A stretch of 64,000 bases of DNA, taken from positions 15,686 to 79,685 of the forward strand of contig CAUZDS010000010.1 of NCBI GenBank assembly GCA_963578725.1, in the 5' to 3' direction. The notes beneath the pieces are model-generated. The model saw only the letters and a program-made list of their open reading frames with translations. It did not search any database and had not been told where the DNA came from. This document shows positions 9,754 through 21,025 of the stretch, piece by piece. The first letter of the stretch is position 1. Each line of letters opens with the position of its first letter. The translations under genes were made by a program, and so were the position numbers. The stretch comes from Vicinamibacteria bacterium. GTDB taxonomy: Bacteria > Acidobacteriota > Vicinamibacteria > Vicinamibacterales > UBA8438.

Positions 9754-9876
9754 ACCGGGCGTCCTGACAGCCCTCAGAGGCGCTCCCGCAGATGGTCGTT
9801 CCGGGTGTCGTCACTCCGGCCGCCGCTCCGGGATGCCGTCGGCGCGCTGTCCGAGGCGGCGTGGGGCGATGCCGGC

Positions 9877-12255
9877 TCATTGGTCGTCGTCATCGTCGCT
9901 CGTCGGTTCGCGCGGTTCGACGTCGAAGCGGAGCGCGTCGTCGACGAGGCAGATCCGCACGGTGCCGCCGTGTTCCAGTCGACCGAACAGAATCTCATCG
10001 GTGAGCGGGTTGCGCACTACCGTCTGGATGAACCGCGCAAGTGGGCGGGCGCCATATTTGGGGTCATACCCCTTCCGCGCCAGCCAGGCGCGGGCGTCGG
10101 GCTCCAAGGTGATCGCCACGTGGCGCTCCGCCAGCTGGGTCTCGAGCTGCAAGACGAACTTCTCGGCGATCGTCTCGACGACATCCACCGTCAGAGTGTC
10201 GAATGTGACGGTTGCGTCAATACGGTTGCGAAACTCCGGACTGAAGATACGCTCGATGGCTGCCTTCACCTGACCCTTGCCGCCGGTCGCCGCGTCCTCG
10301 CCAAACCCGATCGCCGTCGCGCTCATCTCACGCGACCCGGCGTTTGAGGTCATGATTACCACCGCCTGCCGGAAGTCGGCCTTCCGGCCGTTGTTGTCCG
10401 TCAACGTCGCGTGATCCATGACCTGTAGCAGGATGTTGAAGACATCCGGGTGCGCTTTCTCGATCTCGTCGAGCAGTAGTACGGCGTACGGATGCGCCCG
10501 GATGGCGTCGACGAGCAGTCCCCCCTGCTCGAAGCCGACGTAGCCGGGTGGGGCGCCGATCAGTCGCGCCACGGCATGCTTCTCCATATACTCGCTCATG
10601 TCGTAGCGGATGAACTCGTTTCCCTGGTGGATGGCCAGCTGCTTGGCCAGCTCAGTCTTCCCGACCCCGGTCGGTCCCGTGAACAAGAAGCAGCCGGCCG
10701 GCCGGTCCGGCTGACCGAGCCCCGCGCGGGCGCGCTTGATCGCGGTCACGACGGCGTCGACGGCATCTTCCTGGCCGAATACGACCCGGCGCAACGCGTC
10801 GCCGAGAGTGCGCAGCCGCTCCTTGTCCGAGACCGACGCCTGTTTCTCTGGGATCCGTGCGATCCGGGCGACCACCCGCTCGATGTCGACTGCGGTCACC
10901 CGGCGGCGGCTCGGAGCGGCGGTGTCGTCAGCGCCCTTCATACCCGTCGCCGGATCGTCCACGTCCGGCGCGGCGGTCACGGTTGCCGGCACGCGCGCCA
11001 CCGCGACGAGCCGGCCGGCAGCGATCTTCGCGCCAGCCTCATCGAGCACGTCAATCGCGCTGTCCGGGAGCCGCGAGTCCCGCAGATGCCGGCTGGCCAG
11101 CTTGACGGCGGCCTTGAGCGCCCCGTCAGTGTAGGTCACCAGATGATGCTCTTCGTAGCGCGTCCGCAGCCCGCTGAGAATCTTGACTGTCTCGTCGACG
11201 CTCGCCTCCTCGATGACTACCTTCTGGAGCCGGCGTGCCAGCCCCCGATCACGTTCGATATGTTTGAACTCGTCGAACGTGGTCGATCCGATGACCCTAA
11301 GCTCGCCTGCCGCGAGCACCGGCTTGATGAGCGTGGCTAGGTCCATCGTGCCGCCGGTGGTGGCCCCGGCGCCGACCGTCGCGTGCACCTCGTCGATGTA
11401 CAAGATCGGCAGCGGGCGTTCCGATAGTGCGCCGATCACCGCCTTAAAGCGTTCTTCGAAGTCGCCCCGGAATCGGGTGCCGGCGAGCAAGGCCGCCGTG
11501 TCGAGCGAGAACACCTCGGCGCCGCGCAGCTGTTCGGGCACGTCGTCATCGAGTAGCCTGCGCGCCAGCCCTTCGGCCAGTGCGGTCTTGCCGACGCCGG
11601 CATCGCCAACGAACACGGGGTTGTTCTTGCGGCGCCGGCAGAGTATTTCAAGGGTGCGCTGCAGTTCCTCCATGCGACCGATCAGCGGGTCGAGCTGTCC
11701 GCGTCTCGCCCGTTCCGTCAGGCTGACAGCGAACGCCGCAAGCGGGTCGCGTGAGGGTGCGGGGCGATCGCCCCCGCCCCCTTCGGCCGGTTCGGTCGCC
11801 GGGCCCCGGGCAGTTTCGCTCGGCACCTTGGAGATGCCGTGCGAGATGTAGTTCAGGACGTCGAGCCGTGTGATGTCCTGGGCTTGTAACAGCTCCGCGG
11901 CGTAGGAGTTCGGTTGTTGCAGGATGGCCGCCAGCACGTCCCCGAAACGGACCTCGTCCTTCCCGGCGCTCTGCACATGGAGGACCGCTGTCTGTAGTAC
12001 CCGCTGGAACGCCAGGGTCTGGTCTGGTTCCCGCCTGGCCGCTCCGCGTGGGAACTGTTCGAGCGTACCGAGAAACTCGTCCAGTGCGTGCCGCAGTGCG
12101 GGCAGGTCGCTCCCGCAGGCGGCCAGGATCTTCTCGCCATCAGGGTCGTGCGCCATGGCGTAGAGCAGGTGCTCGAGAGTCAGATGCGTGTGCCGCCGGG
12201 CCGCAGCCTCACGATAGGCGACGTTCAGGATCAGTTCGAGTGCGGCGCTGAACAT
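9877..12255 (-). CDS. clpA: ATP-dependent Clp protease ATP-binding subunit ClpA
   Basis: 792 aa. Clp N-domain (MFSAALELILNVAYREAAARRHTHLTLEHLL) and two AAA+ modules with Walker A GDAGVGKT and GPTGVGKT. Sits directly downstream of clpS. Confidence 0.95.
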   Translation of the reverse strand: MFSAALELILNVAYREAAARRHTHLTLEHLLYAMAHDPDGEKILAACGSDLPALRHALDEFLGTLEQFPRGAARREPDQTLAFQRVLQTAVLHVQSAGKDEVRFGDVLAAILQQPNSYAAELLQAQDITRLDVLNYISHGISKVPSETARGPATEPAEGGGGDRPAPSRDPLAAFAVSLTERARRGQLDPLIGRMEELQRTLEILCRRRKNNPVFVGDAGVGKTALAEGLARRLLDDDVPEQLRGAEVFSLDTAALLAGTRFRGDFEERFKAVIGALSERPLPILYIDEVHATVGAGATTGGTMDLATLIKPVLAAGELRVIGSTTFDEFKHIERDRGLARRLQKVVIEEASVDETVKILSGLRTRYEEHHLVTYTDGALKAAVKLASRHLRDSRLPDSAIDVLDEAGAKIAAGRLVAVARVPATVTAAPDVDDPATGMKGADDTAAPSRRRVTAVDIERVVARIARIPEKQASVSDKERLRTLGDALRRVVFGQEDAVDAVVTAIKRARAGLGQPDRPAGCFLFTGPTGVGKTELAKQLAIHQGNEFIRYDMSEYMEKHAVARLIGAPPGYVGFEQGGLLVDAIRAHPYAVLLLDEIEKAHPDVFNILLQVMDHATLTDNNGRKADFRQAVVIMTSNAGSREMSATAIGFGEDAATGGKGQVKAAIERIFSPEFRNRIDATVTFDTLTVDVVETIAEKFVLQLETQLAERHVAITLEPDARAWLARKGYDPKYGARPLARFIQTVVRNPLTDEILFGRLEHGGTVRICLVDDALRFDVEPREPTSDDDDDQ

Positions 12256-12265
12256 GGGTTCGCTG

Positions 12266-12577
12266 TCACTCCTCCTCGAGCGTCGCCTGCAACGGGAAGT
12301 CCTCTTTCCTGGCCAGGTCGTGGGTCGTCGCGACCTTGGTCTCGGCCACCTCGTAACCGTAGGCCCCGCACACCCCGTGGCCCTGCGTGTGCACCTGCAT
12401 CGTGATCCGGTGGGCCTCCACCGGGGTCTTGTGGAACACTGTCTCGAGTATCTGCACGACGAACTCCATCGTCGTGTAGTCGTCGTTCAGCAGGATGACC
12501 CGGTAGCGCGGCGCCCTCCGGATCTTCTGCTGGGTCTTCTCGAGGACCCCGTCGTCGGTGTGCGGATCGTGCGGCAT
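12266..12577 (-). CDS. clpS: Clp protease adaptor protein ClpS
   Basis: 103 aa. YRVILLNDDYTTMEFVVQILETVFHK is the characteristic ClpS core. Conserved clpS-clpA gene order. Confidence 0.9.
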   Translation of the reverse strand: MPHDPHTDDGVLEKTQQKIRRAPRYRVILLNDDYTTMEFVVQILETVFHKTPVEAHRITMQVHTQGHGVCGAYGYEVAETKVATTHDLARKEDFPLQATLEEE

Positions 12578-12650
12578 GCGATCTCGATCAGACTATGGAG
12601 ATCGTCACGAGGTCAAGCCGACGGCCTGTGCATAGTAGAATTTCACCGCC

Positions 12651-13574
12651 ATGCAGACCCTTGCCCCAGGCATCGACTATGTGGACCTTCAGTTTCTGGG
12701 ATTTCCCCGAGTCATCGCCACCGCTGTGCTCCAGAGCTCGGCCGGCGTCGCGCTGGTTGACCCGGGGCCGTCGACCTGTTTCGACACGCTGCGCGGGGCA
12801 CTGACGCGACGGGGCATCGACATCGGTGACGTCCGGACCGTGTTGCTGACACACATCCATCTCGACCACGCCGGTGTCACCGGGACCCTCGTTCGTGACA
12901 ATCCCGACATCCGGGTGTACGTGCACGAACGGGGAGCTCCGCACATGGCAGACCCGGCCAGGCTAATCGGCAGCGCGAGCCGGTTGTACGGGGACGACAT
13001 GGACCGGCTGTGGGGTGAATTCCTACCGGTGCCGCGAGACAACCTGCAGGTCCTCGGTGGCGGCGAGCGGATCAGGGCGGCCGACCGGGATTTCGAGGTC
13101 GCCTACACACCCGGTCATGCCTCGCACCACGTCAGTTACTTCGACCGATCCAGCGGAGTCGCCTTTGTTGGGGACACCGCCGGTATCCGCATGGGCCCGG
13201 AGCAGTTCGCCATGCCGCCCACGCCACCGCCCGACATCGACATCGACGTCTGGAAGGCGAGTGTGGCGTTGATCGACCGGTGGCAGGCCGACACACTGTT
13301 CATCACGCACTTCGGACCGCATGAGGCCCCTACACGTCATCTGGCCGACTTGGTCGAGCATCTCGACGGGATGGCGGCGCTGGCACGGACAGTTCTCGAG
13401 CTGGAGGGGAACGAGGAGGAACGGCTCAACCTCTTCACGGTCGAGGCGCGGCGGTATCTGCAGCGGCACATGCCGGACACCGCTGTCGCCCTCTACGACC
13501 GGGCGGCCCCGCTCGCGCAGTGTTGGCTCGGGTTGGCGCGCTACTGGAAGAAGCGAGGGATCGGCTCGGCGTGA
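12651..13574 (+). CDS. MBL-fold metallo-hydrolase
   Basis: 307 aa. HxHxDH motif as THIHLDHAG plus a downstream TPGHASHH. Confidence 0.85.
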   Translation: MQTLAPGIDYVDLQFLGFPRVIATAVLQSSAGVALVDPGPSTCFDTLRGALTRRGIDIGDVRTVLLTHIHLDHAGVTGTLVRDNPDIRVYVHERGAPHMADPARLIGSASRLYGDDMDRLWGEFLPVPRDNLQVLGGGERIRAADRDFEVAYTPGHASHHVSYFDRSSGVAFVGDTAGIRMGPEQFAMPPTPPPDIDIDVWKASVALIDRWQADTLFITHFGPHEAPTRHLADLVEHLDGMAALARTVLELEGNEEERLNLFTVEARRYLQRHMPDTAVALYDRAAPLAQCWLGLARYWKKRGIGSA

Positions 13575-13726
13575 GTACCATGGAGGCCGGCGTCGCGCTG
13601 ACGCTCTTCGTGACAGCGCAGGCAATCGCCACCGCGGCCGTCGACCGCTCGTAGCGGTCGATGGCGCCGCGAACAGGGACGGTCCAGGAGAGCACCTCGA
13701 CGGGAGATCTGGAGTCACGGCAGATT

Positions 13727-14659
13727 ATGCAACTCGGCTTCATCGGCTTGGGCACGATGGGGCGTCCGATGGCGCTCAACCTGATGACGGGCGGGCACGC
13801 CATGGCGGTGTACACCCGCCGCCCGGAGGCGGCGCGGCCGCTCGTCGACAAGGGCGCCGCAGCCTGTCCTTCCCCGGCGGCGGTGGCCGGGCGGAGCGAT
13901 GTCGTCTTCACGATGCTCACCGGCACCCGAGATGTCGAGCAGGTCGTGCTCGGCGACGATGGGGTCATCGAGGGGGTCCGCCCCAGCGCGCTCCTGATCG
14001 ATATGAGCACGATCGATCCGACCGCAACCTGCGTGATGGCCCGGACGTTGGCGGACCGGGGCATCGACCTGCTTGACGCGCCGGTTTCGGGGGGCGCCCA
14101 GGGCGCCCGCGACGCGGCCTTGACGATCATGGTGGGCGGGTCGTCGGCTGCGCTGGAGCGCGCGAGACCATTGTTCGACTTGCTGGGTCCCACGGTCATC
14201 CATATGGGTGGGTCGGGCGCCGGGCAGACGACGAAGGCATGCCATCAGCTCTCGCTGCTGGTCACCGCGCAGGGGGTAGCCGAGGCGTTGACGTTGGCGA
14301 ACCGGTGCGGGCTGGATGTCGATCGTGTACGGCAGGTGCTGATGGGGGGCGTAGCGTCGAGCCGCGTGCTGGACCTGTTCGGCGCGCGGATGGTGTCGCG
14401 CGACTTCAGCGGGGGGTTCGAATCGCGGCTCTACCACAAGGACCTCGACATCATCCTGGGTCTGGCCCGCGACCATGGGGCGGCGCTCCCGGCCGGGTCG
14501 CTAACGATGCAGTTCATCAATGCCCTGATCGAGAGCGGCCGCGGGCGCGACGACCTGTCCGCCCTGATCACCGTGGTCGAGGCACTAGGGCGCCGGGAGG
14601 CGGGGGTGGCCGCCCTGCCTGCCGTCGCTGCGGACGGAGGAGTGGCCCGGGAGGTGTGA
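13727..14659 (+). CDS. NAD(P)-dependent 3-hydroxyisobutyrate / 2-hydroxy-3-oxopropionate reductase family oxidoreductase
   Basis: GFIGLGTMGRPMA Rossmann motif at the N-terminus when started at ATG 13727. DAPVSGG motif. The ORF track start at 13661 adds 22 unlikely residues. Confidence 0.85.
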   Translation: MQLGFIGLGTMGRPMALNLMTGGHAMAVYTRRPEAARPLVDKGAAACPSPAAVAGRSDVVFTMLTGTRDVEQVVLGDDGVIEGVRPSALLIDMSTIDPTATCVMARTLADRGIDLLDAPVSGGAQGARDAALTIMVGGSSAALERARPLFDLLGPTVIHMGGSGAGQTTKACHQLSLLVTAQGVAEALTLANRCGLDVDRVRQVLMGGVASSRVLDLFGARMVSRDFSGGFESRLYHKDLDIILGLARDHGAALPAGSLTMQFINALIESGRGRDDLSALITVVEALGRREAGVAALPAVAADGGVAREV

Positions 14660-14760
14660 CGGAGCAATGTCAGACCGACCCACGACCGGGGCGAAGATCG
14701 GGCCCCGACGTGTCACAATGGGCGGATGAAGCCTAGGCCGGTCGCGGGCGAGGTGCTGGA

Positions 14761-15582
14761 GTGACGCACGGTCGGAGGGCGCGACGGCTCGTCGTCGGGA
14801 CGGTGGCCGCCCTGGCAATCGCCTCGGCGGCGTTCGGGCAGTTCGGATTCGGCCGTTCCCGCTATCCGCCCAGGCTGAAGCCGGCCGGCCAGTACGACAA
14901 CGGCTTCTCGTTTTGCCGTCTGATGTATCAGAGCGGCCAGTGGGGCCGCGGCCGCTGGTCCACCGACTACCCATTCGCCGACATCAACTTCATGGTCCGG
15001 ATGTCGGAGTTGACTTCGGCCCCTGTCAATTTCGACGATAACGGCGAGCCGAACCACTGGGTGGTGCCGATCGCCGACGACGCGCTCTTCAGCTGTCCCT
15101 TCATCGTGGTGTCGGCGGTCGGAACGATCGTGCTGTCTCAGGAAGAGGTCGTGCGCTTGCGGGAATACTTGCTGAAGGGCGGATTTCTCTGGGCCGACGA
15201 CTTCTGGGGTACCCGGGAGTGGGAGCAGTGGGAGGCAGAGATCGGCAGGGTGTTGCCACCCGCCCAGTACCCGATCGCCGACCTGCCGCTCGACCACCCG
15301 CTGTTTCACGGCATGTTCTACATCTGGGAGATCCCGCAGATCTCCAATATCGGCTTCTGGCGCAGCACGGGTGGGACCTCCGAACGGGGCTCAGAGAGCG
15401 AGGTGCCGCACTTTCGGACCATCCGCGACGAGGACGGTCGGATCATGGTTGCCATGACCCACAACACCGACATCCAGGACGCCTGGGAGCGGGAGGGGGA
15501 GGACCAGGGGTACTTCGAGCAGTTCTCGCCGGATGGCTACGCGCTCGGCGTCAACGTCCTGTTGCACGCCATGACGCACTGA
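14761..15582 (+). CDS. DUF4159 domain-containing protein
   Basis: 273 aa with an N-terminal signal/TM. The pattern FSFCRLMY...W.TDYPFADINF...PFIVVSAVG...LSQEEVVRLREYLLKGGFLWADD...DHPLFH matches my recollection of the DUF4159 family. Confidence 0.7.
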   Translation: MTHGRRARRLVVGTVAALAIASAAFGQFGFGRSRYPPRLKPAGQYDNGFSFCRLMYQSGQWGRGRWSTDYPFADINFMVRMSELTSAPVNFDDNGEPNHWVVPIADDALFSCPFIVVSAVGTIVLSQEEVVRLREYLLKGGFLWADDFWGTREWEQWEAEIGRVLPPAQYPIADLPLDHPLFHGMFYIWEIPQISNIGFWRSTGGTSERGSESEVPHFRTIRDEDGRIMVAMTHNTDIQDAWEREGEDQGYFEQFSPDGYALGVNVLLHAMTH

Positions 15583-15617
15583 GTGCGCGATACACGGCCG
15601 TCTAATTCACTCAGCGT

Positions 15618-16931
15618 TCAGACCCCCGGCACCGGGTTCCCGGCGATGTAGACCGCCTCTAGCGAGCGGGTGTTGGCGATGTCGTCGAGCGGGCTGGCGC
15701 TGAGTACCAGGAAGTCGGCCCACTTGCCGGTTTCGAGCGTGCCCAGGTCGGCATCGACTTCCATACAGCGGGCCGCGTCGTCGGTGGAGGCCTGGATCGC
15801 CTGCATCGGTGTTAGCCCCGCCTCCACCATCAGCGCGAGCTCGCCGTGCTCGAAGTAGCCCTGGAACCGTCCGACCGGGCCCGTGTCGGTGCCCATGGCA
15901 ATCGGGATGCCGGCATCGGACAGCGTCTTCAGGTTCCGCTTGGCAACCTCGAGTTGCGCTTTGTAGGTCTGCGCGCTCTGACTGTTCTTGATCCGCTCTT
16001 GATAGGCCGGCGTCGAGAGTTCCTCGATGACCGCCTGGTCGGCGTTTCGCAGAAAGAACGGGTCGTCGAAGAAGTCCGGTCGCGACTCGTAGACGTAGGT
16101 GGAGACTTCGCGCATCAGCGTCGGACAGACGCAGATTCCTGAGTCGCGCAGCAGTGTGATCAGCTCGTCGTCCACCTCGACGTCACGCACGCTGTGGGCA
16201 ATCAGATCAGTGCCCGCCTCGAGCAAGCCCCGGGCGTCTTCCAGGTAGTAGACATGCGACGCCAGTCGCAGACCGCGCTGGTGGGCGGTGTCGATTGCCG
16301 CCTGGTAGACCTCCGGGGGCATTTTCTGCCCCGCGCCCAGCCCGTCGTCAACGCGGATCTTCACGATGTCGACACCGCTGTCGGCCACGGCGTTCACCTG
16401 TGCCACGGCTTCCTCAGGTGTCACGGCCGTCACAACCGGTCCGGCTACGTAGAGCCGTGCGCGACTCAAGCCCGGCATGTCCTGGCGATCGCGCACCGCG
16501 ATGCCCTCTGGTCCGTCGCCGCCGAGGCTGAACACCGTGGTGACGCCGTAGCGTGCGTACAGCCCCAGTTGGCTTTCGACGTGCTCCTCGGTGTAGAACG
16601 ACGGATCTGCCTCGAGTCCCCGCACGTCGTTGACGTGCCCGTGCGCGTTGATCAAGCCCGGCATGATCGTGCGCCCGGTCACATCGGTCTGCTCGGCGTC
16701 GGACGGCACGTCAACCGCGTCACGCGCACCGACCGCCTCGATCCGCCCGTCGCGAACCACCAGCACGCCGTCCTCGATCGGCGCGTCGCCGGTGCCGTCG
16801 ATGATCTGCGCCCCGACGAAGACCCGCAGGCCCAGTGTAATCTCGACCGGCGGCACTTCCGGTTCACCATCGCATCCCCCAGCGGTAGCTATTCCCACAC
16901 CCAACACCACGGCAAGACCTGTTGCCTTCAT
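15618..16931 (-). CDS. Amidohydrolase-family metal-dependent hydrolase, lipoprotein
   Basis: 437 aa. Lipoprotein signal (GIATAGGC), INAHGHV metal-binding HxH motif and a C-terminal GKWADFLVL segment typical of amidohydrolases. GAGGAGG Shine-Dalgarno upstream of the ATG. Confidence 0.85.
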   Translation of the reverse strand: MKATGLAVVLGVGIATAGGCDGEPEVPPVEITLGLRVFVGAQIIDGTGDAPIEDGVLVVRDGRIEAVGARDAVDVPSDAEQTDVTGRTIMPGLINAHGHVNDVRGLEADPSFYTEEHVESQLGLYARYGVTTVFSLGGDGPEGIAVRDRQDMPGLSRARLYVAGPVVTAVTPEEAVAQVNAVADSGVDIVKIRVDDGLGAGQKMPPEVYQAAIDTAHQRGLRLASHVYYLEDARGLLEAGTDLIAHSVRDVEVDDELITLLRDSGICVCPTLMREVSTYVYESRPDFFDDPFFLRNADQAVIEELSTPAYQERIKNSQSAQTYKAQLEVAKRNLKTLSDAGIPIAMGTDTGPVGRFQGYFEHGELALMVEAGLTPMQAIQASTDDAARCMEVDADLGTLETGKWADFLVLSASPLDDIANTRSLEAVYIAGNPVPGV

Positions 16932-17061
16932 TCCCAGTCCTCCTCGAGGTTTGTTAGTCCGATTCCAGCGCGCGCACCCGTGCGCCCGCGAGGAAGCGGC
17001 GCGGGGCGAAGGGGCCCCAGCAAGCGACGAGCCGGGGTGTGGGGCGGAGACCCACGTAAGT

Positions 17062-19788
17062 TCAGTTCGCTCCCGTATTCAGCCGTTCGAGTATCTCGCC
17101 CAACTGCGCAATCTCGTCGCCGTAGCGCGCCCAGTCGCCCTCGCGCTGCGCCTGGACCGCGCGCCGGTAGTGCTCGGTGGCCTGCATCGCGAGCGGGTTA
17201 GTGCTACCCAGTGTACTTACCGCTGTACTTACCGCCCGCGTGCCGGCGTCGGTTGGGTCCTGCACGTTCAGCTGCTCCGCCACGCCGGCTCCGGCCGGCA
17301 GCGTGCCTGATCCTGACCCGAACAGCCGATCGAGCGCCGCGTCCAGCGTTTCCTCCATCACGATCTGGTTTTGATACGCCACGATGACCCGCTTCAGTTC
17401 GGGGATGCGCCCGCCGGACGCCCGCAAGTAGAGGGGGCGGATATACAGCAACGCCTCCTCGATTGGAATCACCAGCAGCGTGCCTTGGATGACCTCGGAG
17501 CCCTGCTGGTTCCAGAGCGTGAGCTGCGGTGAAATATCCTGGTCCTGGTTGATGCGGGCGACGATCTGGCTGGGCCCGAAGACCACCTTCTGTTTTGGGA
17601 ACTGAAACACCAGCATCTTGCCGTAGTGTTCCCCGTCGCTGCGTGCCACCATCCACGCTGCCAGGTTGTTCTTGCCACGCGGTGTAAACGGAAGCATCTG
17701 GATGAACTCGGCGCGCGGTTCTCCTGACAGTCGCATGATCGTGTAGTAGGGCTCCATCTGTTCACCGTCGATGACCGGCACTTCCCACTGGTCCTCACGG
17801 TTGTAGAAGACCTCCGGGTTGGTCATGTGGTAGGTCGAGTAGATCGACGTCTGCAGCGAGAACAAACCCTCGGGGTAGCGGATGTGCCGGCGCAGGTCTT
17901 CCGGCATTTCATCGAATGGACGCAGAAACTCGGGAAAGATCGCCTGCAACGTCCTGGCGATCGGCTCCTGGGCGTCGGCCAGATAGAACGAGATGGTACC
18001 GTCATAGGCATCTATGACGATCTTTACTGAGTTGCGGATGTAGTTGACCCCGGCGGTCGCTGGAGTCGCATAGGGATACAGGTCGCTGATCGTGTAGGCG
18101 TCGATGATCCAGGCCAGCCGGCCGTCCGAGATCACGAGATACGGGTCGGTGTCATAGCGGAGGAATGGGGCGACGGTGGTCACGCGGTCGACTATGTTCC
18201 GGTGATACAGGATCCGGCTGTCGTCACCGAGTTGGCTGGCGACCAGGATTTCGTAGGCACGGAACCGGACCGCGAAAAGGAATTGCCGCCAGAGCGAGGA
18301 CATCGCCACCCCGCCTCTCCCGTCATACCGGGTCGAGACGTTGTCGTCCCCTTCCGGGTAGTGGAACTCGTCGGTGTCCGTGTTCACGATGACGTAATCG
18401 TTCGACAGCTCGCCGAAGTAGATACTCGGCTGGTCGACCTGGATGTCCACCGACGAGGTGGGCGGCAGGTCCTGGATGAACAGCACCGGTAGCCCTTCCT
18501 GCGTGACCTGGTTGACCGGACCCATCGCGACCCCGAAGCCGTGGGTGTACTGGAGCCGCTCGTTCACCCAGGAGCGGTTGGGCAGGCTGTCCGAGTTCAA
18601 CTCTCGGCTCGACAGCATGATCTGCCGGTACTCCCCGTCGATGAAGTAGCGGTCGTTGTCGACCGACACGAAATCGTAGTACGTGCGGATCTCCTGGATT
18701 TGCCCGAACGTGTCGAGCAGCGGCTCGTGGTCCCAGAGCCGGACGTTGTTGATCGTCTCGGTGTTGTTCTCGATGTCGGCCATCGTCAGCGTCGCGTCCC
18801 CGGACAGCTCGCGTTCGTCGATCGACTCCAGCCCGAACGCCTGCCGGGTCGCCGCGATGTTGTGCGCGATGTAGGGCGCCTCTCGTTGCTGCTCGTCGGG
18901 TGTGACGACCAGCCGCTGCAGCCCGAACGTTACGATGTTGCCGCCGATGGCGACGAGGGCGTACAAACCGACGGCAGCGATGAGCGGCGCGTTGCGTGGC
19001 GTGAGCGCCGTGAAGGCGCTCATGCCTGCGCCGAACACCGCCACTGCCAGCAGTATGCGCAACAGCGGCGCCCGTAGCACGACGTCCACGTACGCGGCGC
19101 CGTGGAAGATGCCGGCCGGGGTCGTCAGCAGCCGCGGTACGTCGAGATAGGCGCCCCACGCCAACAACAGGAACAGCCCGGCCACGATGAGGCCCAGATG
19201 GCGTCGCGCCCCCTCGCCGATGACCAGGCCGCGGGCCGGGTCGAGCGCCAGCGTGCCCGATACGACATACGCGGCGGTCGAACCAATGAGCGAGAGCACC
19301 ACCGTCGCCAGCGCGAGATACCGAACCAGGTCGAGGAACGGCAGCGTGAAGACGTAGAAGCTGACGTCACGGCCAAACAGGGGGTCAGTCTGTCCGAACG
19401 GCACCGCGTTCTGATACTGCAGCCAGGTCAGCCACTCGCGCGAGGCGAAGATCCCCAGAAACACGGCGACCAGGGCTGCGACCCCGGTCCCCAGCAGCTG
19501 GAGTTGACGGCGGTCGAGCACGATCGGTTGAACCTCTCCGCCGCCCGGAAACAGCATGTAGGGTTTGGTGAGGCGCCGCAGCGCCAGCCGAAGATTGAAG
19601 GCCAGCGCGGCGAACGCGATAAGAAATACCAGCCCGCCCATGCTCGCCTTCGCACTGAGCGTCCGGACGAAGATGGCCGCGAAGCCGACTTCGTTGAACC
19701 AGAACCACTCGGTTAGCAGTGCCACGGCCGAGGGGACTACCAGGAAGAGCAGCAGGGCGGTGAGCAGGAAGACGAATTTGACTGGCAT
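17062..19788 (-). CDS. UPF0182 family integral membrane protein
   Basis: About 908 aa from ATG 19788 ([18 protein letters not shown]). Multi-TM N-terminal third and a large soluble region with [34 protein letters not shown], as I recall for UPF0182. Confidence 0.8.
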   Translation of the reverse strand: MPVKFVFLLTALLLFLVVPSAVALLTEWFWFNEVGFAAIFVRTLSAKASMGGLVFLIAFAALAFNLRLALRRLTKPYMLFPGGGEVQPIVLDRRQLQLLGTGVAALVAVFLGIFASREWLTWLQYQNAVPFGQTDPLFGRDVSFYVFTLPFLDLVRYLALATVVLSLIGSTAAYVVSGTLALDPARGLVIGEGARRHLGLIVAGLFLLLAWGAYLDVPRLLTTPAGIFHGAAYVDVVLRAPLLRILLAVAVFGAGMSAFTALTPRNAPLIAAVGLYALVAIGGNIVTFGLQRLVVTPDEQQREAPYIAHNIAATRQAFGLESIDERELSGDATLTMADIENNTETINNVRLWDHEPLLDTFGQIQEIRTYYDFVSVDNDRYFIDGEYRQIMLSSRELNSDSLPNRSWVNERLQYTHGFGVAMGPVNQVTQEGLPVLFIQDLPPTSSVDIQVDQPSIYFGELSNDYVIVNTDTDEFHYPEGDDNVSTRYDGRGGVAMSSLWRQFLFAVRFRAYEILVASQLGDDSRILYHRNIVDRVTTVAPFLRYDTDPYLVISDGRLAWIIDAYTISDLYPYATPATAGVNYIRNSVKIVIDAYDGTISFYLADAQEPIARTLQAIFPEFLRPFDEMPEDLRRHIRYPEGLFSLQTSIYSTYHMTNPEVFYNREDQWEVPVIDGEQMEPYYTIMRLSGEPRAEFIQMLPFTPRGKNNLAAWMVARSDGEHYGKMLVFQFPKQKVVFGPSQIVARINQDQDISPQLTLWNQQGSEVIQGTLLVIPIEEALLYIRPLYLRASGGRIPELKRVIVAYQNQIVMEETLDAALDRLFGSGSGTLPAGAGVAEQLNVQDPTDAGTRAVSTAVSTLGSTNPLAMQATEHYRRAVQAQREGDWARYGDEIAQLGEILERLNTGAN
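17212..17235. repeat. Perfect 12-nt tandem duplication inside the UPF0182 gene
   Basis: tgtacttaccgc (17212-17223) is repeated exactly at 17224-17235. It is in frame and gives AVST-AVST in the protein C-terminal tail. Confidence 0.9.
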
Positions 19789-20088
19789 GTTTGGGCCTCG
19801 AGTGGCGCTACCTGGCCCCACGGACGCGCGATAAGGGGCACCAGTTTCGCCGGGTTGAGTGAGCGTGGGCGCGATACGCACTCGCGTGCCGTGTTCGCAC
19901 GGTTGCTCGGTTTTCGGCCGCCGCCCGAAAGCACGAGCTGCGTTACGATCGCTGCACTACGAGCCTACGTGACCGGCCGTCTGGACGCAACAGGAAGTGG
20001 TGCGAGACTCGACGGCGGTTTCGTGAATCGAGGACAATCACGGGGTGTACCGGAGGGATCGGACCAACATTGCGCCGGAACGCGCCGG

Positions 20089-20529
20089 GTGGTGTCGACG
20101 GCCTGCGCGGGCGACGACGAGGACCGCATCAGAGGCCAGCTGGACGACGTGGCGCAGGTCGTCAGTGTCGAGGATCGCGAAGCCCCACTGATCCGGCAGG
20201 CGCGAGCGTCTCGTTTTACTACCTACCTGACCGCTGACGCAGACGTCGATGTCGGAGCGCCGCTTTCACCGGTGGCCGGACGCGATGCGGTCGCGTGGGT
20301 GGCGGCGGCGGTGCGAGTGCCGGCCAGTGGCGTGTTAGTCAAGTTCAACGAGGTGCGGGTGACGGTCGACGACCAGACCAGACGCGCCCTCGCGACCGCC
20401 ACGGCCGTGGTCAACGCAGGGGCTACCGTTGGTGGTGAGCTGTTGCAGGCTCTGGAGCTCGAGCTGGTGTCCAGCGAGATCGGCGGCGATTGGTTGATCG
20501 AGCAGGTGCGGCTGGTCGGTATCAGGTGA
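20089..20529 (+). CDS. Hypothetical protein (start uncertain)
   Basis: The C-terminal ~100 codons of ORF 19855..20529 have strongly G/C-biased third positions (hand check from 20221 onward). The N-terminal part of the listed ORF looks non-coding. GTG 20089 is a tentative start. No motif recognised. Confidence 0.45.
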   Translation: MVSTACAGDDEDRIRGQLDDVAQVVSVEDREAPLIRQARASRFTTYLTADADVDVGAPLSPVAGRDAVAWVAAAVRVPASGVLVKFNEVRVTVDDQTRRALATATAVVNAGATVGGELLQALELELVSSEIGGDWLIEQVRLVGIR

Positions 20530-20551
20530 GCGCCGGTGGACTCGGCGCGCG

Positions 20552-21025
20552 ATGGAGCGATCGATGCGTGTGAACGTCGGAACGACGGCCCCCGATTTCG
20601 AGCTGGCCAGCCATCGTGGGCACAAGGTACGACTGTCGAGCTTCCGGGGGCGGAAGAACGTCGTCATTGCCTTTCACCCGCTGGCCTTCACCCCGGTCTG
20701 CGCGATGCAGATGCAGGGCTACGAAACCGACCGCGCATGGTTCGATGAACATGACACGCATCTGCTGGGCGTCAGCGTCGACAGCGTGCCGGCTAAGATC
20801 GAGTGGGCCAAGACCCTGGGTGGTATCTCTTACGATCTGCTGAGCGACTTCCACCCACATGGCTGCGTGGCGGCACTCTATGGCGTCCAGCGGGACGACG
20901 GTATCTCCGAACGTGCGATCTTCGTTGCCGACAAGGACGGCCGGGTGGTGTTTGCCGAGGTCTACGACATCCCCACCCTGCCCGACAGCGCAGACGTGCG
21001 CCAGGCCATCGACGCGCTCGGTTGA
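20552..21025 (+). CDS. Peroxiredoxin (AhpC/TSA family, AhpE-like)
   Basis: 157 aa. Peroxidatic Cys context HPLAFTPVC. Real start may be ATG 20564 (MRVNVGTTAPDFEL). Confidence 0.9.
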   Translation: MERSMRVNVGTTAPDFELASHRGHKVRLSSFRGRKNVVIAFHPLAFTPVCAMQMQGYETDRAWFDEHDTHLLGVSVDSVPAKIEWAKTLGGISYDLLSDFHPHGCVAALYGVQRDDGISERAIFVADKDGRVVFAEVYDIPTLPDSADVRQAIDALG

